Shown here: piece after piece, positions 24,501 through 33,500 of the stretch
Numbering within the stretch: the stretch's first letter is position 1
How the letters are laid out: each line of letters begins with the position of its first letter
Assembly (NCBI GenBank): GCA_030141605.1
Contig: JAQGDQ010001081.1
Location: forward strand, 626-64,625
Length of the DNA stretch: 64,000 nucleotides
Reading direction: 5' to 3'
From: Tubiluchus corallicola
Taxonomy: Eukaryota; Animalia; Priapulida
The notes under the pieces: model-generated
The model's database searches: none
What the model was told of the DNA's origin: nothing
The model's input: only the letters and a program-made list of their open reading frames with translations
Position numbers and translations under genes: made by a program

Positions 24501-27500
24501 ATCATAAATTACTCTTTCCCAAATTTTACTCATACAATGAACCATTGATACTGGTCTGTAATTTATTGGATCATCTTTAGCATTCTTTTTATGGATTGGT
24601 GTAATATTAGCTGTTTTGCATTGATCAGGAATATTCCCAAGCATTACTATGTGGTTAGTGATTTAGGTTATATGTGGAGCAATTAAATGCATACTGTCGT
24701 TTAGAATTTTTATTGGTATGTCCAATGTGCCACTACCTTTATTTGCATCTAAATTATTTATTATTTTTAAAATATCAGCAAACGTAACACTGGAAAATGA
24801 AAATTGGTTATTTGCAGGTCCTACAGTTTTTAGTTTGTCTTTTATGCCATCAGTATAATCATTCTGCAAATTAAAGTTTCCGAGGTTAGCAGACGTCTCA
24901 TTTAACAAATTTGCAATATCTTTAGGTTTCGTTATTATGGTATTGTTTATTTTAAGTTCATTTACCCTATTTTGTTTATTTTTATAGTTATTTATAACAT
25001 TGTTGATCACCGTCCATTTTTGTTTTGTAGTGGAGGCACTACTGCATTTTCTTGAGTATATCTATTTTTTAGAATTTTATTAAGATTGTTGAATTTCTTT
25101 CTAGCTTTCTTGTACTTTATGTGATCATTTTTGGATTTACTGTTAAGCCGTGTGTCGTATAAGTTATTTTTATTATTTCTTAATTCATTAAGTTCAACAT
25201 TTGTCCAATTACTTTCACAATTAAGCTTTGATTTGACGTTCAATTCTTTAACTTTTTTGAAAGGTTTTTAAGATTTAAGCAGTATTGGATATTGTTTATT
25301 AAATGTCTACTTGAGTATTTATATTTGTTGTAAGATATATCTCACTCCAGTTCATTTTAACTAAGTCATTTAAAAAATGTGCCTCATTATAGTGTGTGAA
25401 ATCTCTGGTAGTTTTCCAACACGAATTATGATTTGCTGCATTTAAGTGGAATAATTTATCAACAGTAATTATGAAATTGTAATCGGAATATTCAAAAGGT
25501 ATACTGTCATGAGTTATAAATTTGCAAGGGTTATTAGTAATAAAATGATCAATTAAACTGCTCCTTGACGTTTTTACTGCACCTTGTTGGTTTTTCATTG
25601 TTTGATATTTCCACAAAATAAATTTAGAAGTTCTTTGTACTTTGCATATGAAGCAGTATTTACTAGCAAGCGTGTTAATATTAAAATTGCCCATAATTAA
25701 GATTTGTTTGTTTTCAAATACTGCTCTTTCTATTTTTATTCCGAAGTATTTTAAAAAAGTTTTTAATTTAGTATTTGGGGGTCTATAAACAGTGCATACT
25801 AAGTAATCCCAGATGTTGCACCACAGAGATTCAATCTTTCCTGTTCACATACCCTTTGTTTCTGTGGCTGTGAAATGTGATGGTATATAGATGGCTACTC
25901 CTCCTTTTTTGTTTTTTTTTTTGTTCGATCCTTTCTGAATAATGTGTGATTTGGTAACTGTATTGAAGTACTTGAAATTTGTTCATGTAGGCATGTTTCA
26001 CCATGTTTTACCAATAATTAGATTTTCTGTTGCATGGACTGTATTTTTTAGATATTCATGCTTTTTTACTAAGCTTTTAATATTAATGTGGAAGAGCTTT
26101 AGATGCTTTTATAATTGCAGATAAAGCTTATTAATTCTGTATTTATTATTTGGTTATTGTATTTTGTTGGACCTGGGTTACTCCTAATATGAGTAGCAAA
26201 ACAGTAATTAATAGTGCATGTGTAAAATTAGTAAAAATTTGAATTTTAAACATTTGTTTCATCTTGCAATGGTTTGTATGCATTTATAGTAGAGCTGCAC
26301 CAAACGCATTTCCTTTCAAACTTTTATATAAAGTGGAATTGGTAATGATAGTATTACTATGATAAAGAGAGTTAATCGCGTGACATATTGCTTATAATAT
26401 AAATGCCTCAATTCAATCCATATAACGGTGATATTTTCTGGGTTTGAAAGTAAGCATACTGCTCTAATAAAAATTAATTTTGTACATAGTTTACTCGGCT
26501 TAATGCATCCATAATAAATAGTTGTGTAATATAAGATTCCAATTGCGTTTTGAACGAAGTACAATGAGTAAATTGTTGATATACTGTTAATTTTGCAGGT
26601 TGCTATAATTATTATTAACACACTAACTGGTAATTTCTTTGCTACGTTTGTGAATGTTTGTATGCTGATTAGAAATAACATATGACAAGAGAAAGATACA
26701 ATTAATTGTATTTCATAGTTTCTTTCCTCATTAAACGTAGACATAGCTATTCTATGTTGTGAAATAAAATTAAGTAGGATGAGTACTGCAATTATCGTGA
26801 CAAATATAATAATAATAATAAAATTGTAACCCATTATTTAGATAAAATCTGTAAACAGTAAAATGATAAAAACAGTTTAGTATACATTTGTTAATACGAG
26901 AATACTTTTTGTTTTGTTCTGGGGTTCTAAATTACTCGTGCTGTATATTTCTACATGACCTTAGCAATGAGTTCACGCATCAGTGTTTTAAATGCATTTT
27001 AAGTTTACCTTGCTTTTTAATCTGACTGCTTTGTATGCAGGGTTCTGTGTTTGCAAAATCCTGTTGGTTTGCGTTTCTTGTTTATCCCGTCTTTTCATTA
27101 TCTGTATGTGAAGACCTAGCGTCCTCGTGCATTATTTGACCGGCGTTAGAACAGTCTTTGTTATTGGCTGTACAATACGAAGTGGTCAATATAAATGAGC
27201 TAGGCCCATTCACAAGTTTTGGTTTCTCATTAAAGTAGTTTCCACTAATTGCAGGTGTTGTAATGCTTGAGGGCCTAATAGTTAATGACCTATTATCTGT
27301 TATAAACGGGGTCGGTAGTAGACCAGTCTTCGGCGCATTTAAAGGATTAGGCCCATTGTTTGCATTAGCATAGATTGACGGCCTAAAATTACTGTTTTCT
27401 GCAGAAGGTACTCTAGATACGTGATAGCTGTTGTTTTTTTCGCTCTGTGCCAACTATCTTTGTCGTTTATACACAATTTCAGCAAGTTCTGTTAACTTGC

Positions 27501-30500
27501 TGACTCCCTGCCTACTAAAATGTAAGCCATCTCTAGCCATTAAGTTCTCATCGGTGAAATGGCTAACTAAATCACAAATTCTGATGTCATCTGATCCTGA
27601 TTTTTCAATAATATTAAACAACTGGTCATTGCACGAGCGAATGATTGAATTAGCCTTTGCAATATCAATCACTTTAGCATGTGCATACACATTTGATTTA
27701 AGTTTGGAGATAATACAAACAAATACATTGCAACAGTCAAATTTTGCTTTAATGTTACCTATACAATCCTAGGTGTTCCTAATTAAATCGGCAATCATTT
27801 CCTTCTCTTGCTGGCATGCTTCTGAGCCTTGAAAGTTCTCTCCAGCGCTTGTTTAATGTCGTTAACTCCACATGTAAGAATGACACTTTCAATCTTTTTT
27901 GGAGGATACTCAGTCGTAACAAGTTCTTTGAGTTCCTCCATATTAATTCCCCTATAAAAGTACACTTGAATGTTTCTGCAAATGTCTTGTGGGTTTATAT
28001 ACCTGGTTCTCAAGTCACCTAAAATGAGAGTCTGTCGCAGCATTCATAGTTTTTGGTGTAGGATTATGTCACATCTTGCTGATGTTGGTCTTATGCATAT
28101 TGTCTCTGTCATCTGTTTTCCTGCCATATGTGTCTGTCTTTTCTAGTACGCTTTTCTAGGCTCTTATCCGACTGTGTTTCAACATTTATAGATGGTCTAG
28201 GCTTTGCATTTAAGGCATCTTCGATTTTACTTAGCCTAGCATTCTGGTTCAGAATTAGCTCATTTAGTTTTTCTAGTTGTTTTTGTAGTGCGTCTCTATT
28301 GTTATTTATCGTGTCAAATCCTAGGTCTAAATTTGATTGAAATAGGCATGATCGACGCCTTAATATTTTTACTTTATGAGCTTCATTACCATCAGTGTCT
28401 GAGGGAGAGTCTTTCATTACATAATCAAGTTTGGGTGTGTTTAACTGCGTGGCACTAGGATATTCCATTTCACTATGGAGAATGATATTATCCTGAGTGT
28501 AGATTTGATGATGACGTTGTGCGAGTTCCAGAAATTCACACACGTTTTCCCAACACCACTTTAGGTAACAGCCATTAGTTATTTGTACTGTACCTTTATC
28601 ATTGTTAATGTACATCATAGTAACTTTTTTTGAAATGCTTAATTTGTAACTTGAATACTGTTTCTGTTCATTACAGGTCACAGTTACATTCGCCCTGGCT
28701 CTAGAGTATTCATTGCCTACGCCATTCCATACACCAAGTTGTGTAACTCCTCTCCTCTTACTGTTACACTGCCTGTGTCATCAACGTGCTCATTTTAGTG
28801 ATTTGATTCGGGAATGATTCATATAGTTTTTCTCCTAATCGTAATCTTAATCTTACTCTTACGTGGAATCGTAATCTTACCAATGTAAGCTGATTTTGTT
28901 GAATTTGCCATCTCATGAAACTTATTTAATATAAAATGTTCACCGTAAAATAATAGATTTTCTGTTCCAAACAGACTTTATAGTTACTTTTCACTGTGCT
29001 TTAAATAACATACTAACTAAACACCATGCATTATGTAAATTCAGTTATTGTTACTTACCACTATACTGATTATCGCAGCTCACGAGAGCACATCCATTCA
29101 CCTCCGAGATTAGGTGAGCAAAATGGTGAACACTTCTTGGTCCTAGAAGAGATTCTAGGTTTCACATTAGGTACCAGACATTTTGCATTATCTCAGAGGT
29201 CAGTGAGACCAAGCTAAACAATTACAGCCAATACTTGGTAGCTAATTATTAAGACATTAGTCGTCACTGATTTCTTGTGCATTTACTTAAGCATATAAAC
29301 AGATAAACACGTCTGAAATTGTCTCGTAGAAGAACTTGTCCCTTGTCACATGGCATAATTAAAAACCCTTGTGGCAATACAATATACAACTCTTTTATTA
29401 TCACAATTTACTTTTCTTTTTTTAGCAATGAAGGTTTAGAAGCAATACGAGGCCTAAAGCAGTTTCGAGTTGCAGCTAATATTGTAAAATGGGAAAGCTG
29501 GGACAATGTTTACAACATTCAGTACGTAAGAAATTAGTTATACTTAAGTTGATGAGTTCTGTCATTTGTGCTTAGTAGTGCTTTGTTAGTGTGTCTAATG
29601 TCTATTATAAATAATAACTATTGATAATTTTTTTCAATTTTGTAGTTATACTAAATTTCTGTAGTCATGAAAAATACTAGGTTGCTGATGTAAAAATTAT
29701 CTTAATTAATAATTGTAGAAGTGAATGTTATAACACAGATTTAGTAAGCAACGTCAACAAATGAATACAGAGTATAAAAATATTTAAAGTATAGCTGTGT
29801 ACAGCTACATTAATGCAATTAAATTGCTGTGTTATCTGAATGGTAGTCTCAAGCATACAGGTCAACAGACTGGAGCAAACAATTTAAAAGATTAGATTAC
29901 TAGCAACTAATCAGTCTAAAATAGCTATTTTCACAAATATCCTAGTCAATAATCATGAGAATTGTTTGATATTGATAAACAGTCTGTTCTCTTGCCTAAA
30001 GCTGGCTAAATATATACTGTTGCGTAATTCGCCTGAATTTGCTTCATGACTAGCATGACATTTCGTAGTTTCAGAATCAACAAACTGTATAAGGTGCTTT
30101 ACTGCAGTCAATCTGAATCGGAAGATATTCTACTCCAAGATGGAAGTAACAATCAGAAAGCTTTACATGTGCCTAGGGTAAGTAACAATAGTAAACTTTG
30201 CTTATTCCAACACCATTGCTCTCTTTTTAGTAGAAAAAAATTAGCAAATTGTTTAAATTGTTTGGGTCAACATACAATTTGCAGCAAATTTATTTGGGAT
30301 TTTTCGCTAATGATCTAGTACTGAAATATTAATTCCTTAATCTTTATCGTATCGGTTTGTCATAATCCGTTGAACATTTTGCAATTGGTCTTTTGCATCA
30401 TCACCTCCATACATTTTATTCAAGAACGTATGCTTTTTTGTTCTTTAGACCTTTGGCCAACTGTGTTTGAATTACTTCAAATTTTACATAGCAGTTATAC

Positions 30501-33500
30501 CTATACTACATTAATGCTTCAAAACAGTTGTGACATTGCTAGTTGTGTGTTGGTATTTTTATTATGACTCGATAGGACGTTGTGAGTGGGTGAACTTGGT
30601 TCGAAACTCACTTTTACTGTCAATTTCAGAGGTAGTTAATAGCTGCTTTTCTCCACATTTCTAGCTTTGCTACAAAGAAGAAATTCTGGGCTAAGAGTTA
30701 ACATATATATTTTGACTAGATTTTATTTAATATTTTGCACACTTGTATTACTGTTTTAATATTTTATCTGTAATTTTTAACTCATGAGGCCTTTTAGAGC
30801 AAAAGTTCCTAAAATAAATAAATAAGTAATTGAGAGCTTTAAAGGGCTTTCAATGCTTTATTCAGGAGCTTGTCTTTAATTGTATATAAAGAGCTAAATA
30901 TAGAATAAGTACCTTAAACAGGTTAGAAACAAGCTAGTGTAACCAAGATGACTGTCATACCTCAACAGTCTCATTACAAGTTGTTTGTATTACTGCATTG
31001 TATGAAATTAGTGCAAGTAATGCCCTTTTCTTGCCATTATCTTTCAGTTGTTGCATCTTTTTCGATTAAGTTTGCAATGGCTTAACTTGTGTTTCTATTT
31101 TAGACGTGTGTAGTATCTTATAAAAGAGGCTAGTAACGTATATCATGAGAAGTTAGATGACCTATTTTGCTATAAAATGTTTAACTCCCGATCCCATTTT
31201 TGCAAATTGCAGTCCAATCATGCATGGAGTCTGAGCTGATTCCTTCAAATTTGATTTGGGAACAACCCCACAATCTCTTGCTCAGTTTGTTGTGATAGTA
31301 AGCCTCTTTTGCAAGTTTTTGCCACTCTCAAGACATTTCTTCAAATGCTGATTGTTACTTAGAGTTATGTTTTGTTGCTGCTTCTGGATATTTCCATATG
31401 CAGAACAGCCACTTACATACCCCGTTTTCCCTGGTACCTCTTACCTGTGGAATTTTTTCACTAGAAAAATGGTTCCTTGTTAGCCTCAATCTCAATTGTT
31501 TGAAAAGTATTACCATTTACCTCTCATTGCTATAAGGTACAACAAGTTCATTTTTTATGTATTCTTACATTACCGCAATGGATGCCATGTTTGGAGCAAT
31601 CTGTAAAAAAAGATTGTTAATATGCAAGCATTGTGACAGAAATACTAAGATGAGATTTTTCTCTCTTGAAGAAAGAGCACTTTGAAAGTATGAAATAAGG
31701 GGCCTGCTAAGATATGTATTCAGTTACTTACCACATGTGCATACAGTACCAGAAAAAATAAGATTAGTCTATTTTTTATGTCAGGACTTGCGTAGCTCCA
31801 AAATAACTTAAGCTGTTATAAGGGTACTATTTGCTTGTACGCCTGCTGTACATCAGCAAACGATGTTAACTATTTTTTCTACTACTTCTATAATGAGAAA
31901 TTTACTTTTTCAGAATATAGTTGAAGATCTCCTGCATAAGCAGATTGCAGCTGCTGAAACTGTTGAATGTAGCAGAACGGATGTGCTGCAATCTTTAACA
32001 ATAGCAACTGGTGATAAAGAATTGCTGGATATAGAAGCTGCTTGCCCTCCCTCTCCCCCTCCTCCCACTCCTGCAAGCACATCTCTCTTTACAGGAAATG
32101 ATGAGGAAACAAAATTTTGTTACATCAATGAGACAAACAGAGCGAAAGCAAAATCGTCTCCAGTTGGCATGACAGTAGCAAAACATACTCCTAGCCGGGC
32201 AAGCAAAATAATAGATGTACAACTTTTGAAAGAGAAATTATCTGTCCTTGCTGAATATGACGAGCAAGTGAATTTACAAGAATTCAGTGAAAATGAAGAA
32301 CTCTGTAGTTTCCAAGAAGTAGCCCATGATGATCCATGTTACAAATTTGACAAAGATACATCAGAGACAGATGCTCATCATGTTCATGAGTTCCACAACT
32401 TATCAGTAGTAAGCGAAAAAGAACAGATGAGATGTGATTCGACAGTAACAGATGCTTCGGCTATTTCTGCTGATCTGGATGTTTTTAATGCAAAAGCTTT
32501 TTGTGAGGAATTAACTACAGAAAGCAGTTCAGTGATGCCGGTCTCTATAGCTACTGAAACAGTTCGGTCATGCTCAAATGATGCCCTGTTTCTCTTTTCA
32601 AAACTTGAGTACAACGTAACTGAAACTGAATTTCATCCTGCATTTGAAACTGAGTGTGACAATACTGTGCAAGATACACCCTTATTAGCATCACACTCTG
32701 AAAGGCTAGGATCTACAGTTAATTTATTGACCTCAGAGAGTGTAGGAGATTCTTCAAATCTAATAACTTTCAGCGCTAAACCAGATTCAACTAGGGATGA
32801 ACATAAAAGTCATCTTTATAATGGAGTTTGCAGAGATGTGGGAAGCAGTTTTATACATTGTTCAGCTTCCGAACAAGAACATGTCATGATTCCACTTCAG
32901 AACTTAAATAACATTTCAAATGTATCTTCTCCTGACAACTTAGTGAATGATCTTCCTACTGCTTCCATAACTGCTAATCCATTAAGTTCACCTTGTGAAA
33001 GTCTCAACTCTTCAGGAAGTAGGACAGATCTATCAGTTACTGGTTTAATGCAATCATACCAACCTTCAAGGAGCGTAGAATCACCATTCTGCCACAATGA
33101 CAAAGAACTTGCAAATGGCAGTTACAGCTGGGAAAGAAGAAGTAAAGAGGCAATGGAAAGGCACAACTCTTGCCCAGCTCAGCTTGATAAGGAAGCAAGT
33201 TCTGTTACTCTTTTTTGTCAGGCTGATAGAAAGCATTCCCTTGCAGAAAGTAATACTTCATGTAAAGATACCGTGCTTTGTGCAACCAGTCTAGAGTCTG
33301 TGAATTTAAGCCACACTGAATCACTAGAATTTTTAGTTGACTTAAAATCACAACAACAGCAGCTGACGGACAGTTCCTTGAGCTTAGCTGGTTCCTTGAC
33401 TAATGTTAAAGACCTGCAAACATCATCAGTGCCACCATTGAAAGGCTATCATTTTCCAGAAATGCACAATGAAGCAAATGCAAATTTAAGTTCAGTTAAT

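Larger units (their letters stand above)
22981..29105 (-). mobile_element. Degenerate near full-length CR1/L2-group LINE, antisense in a gene 2 intron
   Basis: Esterase ORF1 fragments; APE motifs (LFHINIKSL, GGVAIY, VYRPP, IMGNFNIN, SLIDHF); RT motifs (NYRPVS, FLDLSKAFD, GIPQGTLLGPLLFNLYINN, QYADDT at about 24076-24093); 3' tail AATAAA followed by (TAT/TAC)n at about 22985-23012; many stops and frameshifts. Confidence 0.93.
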
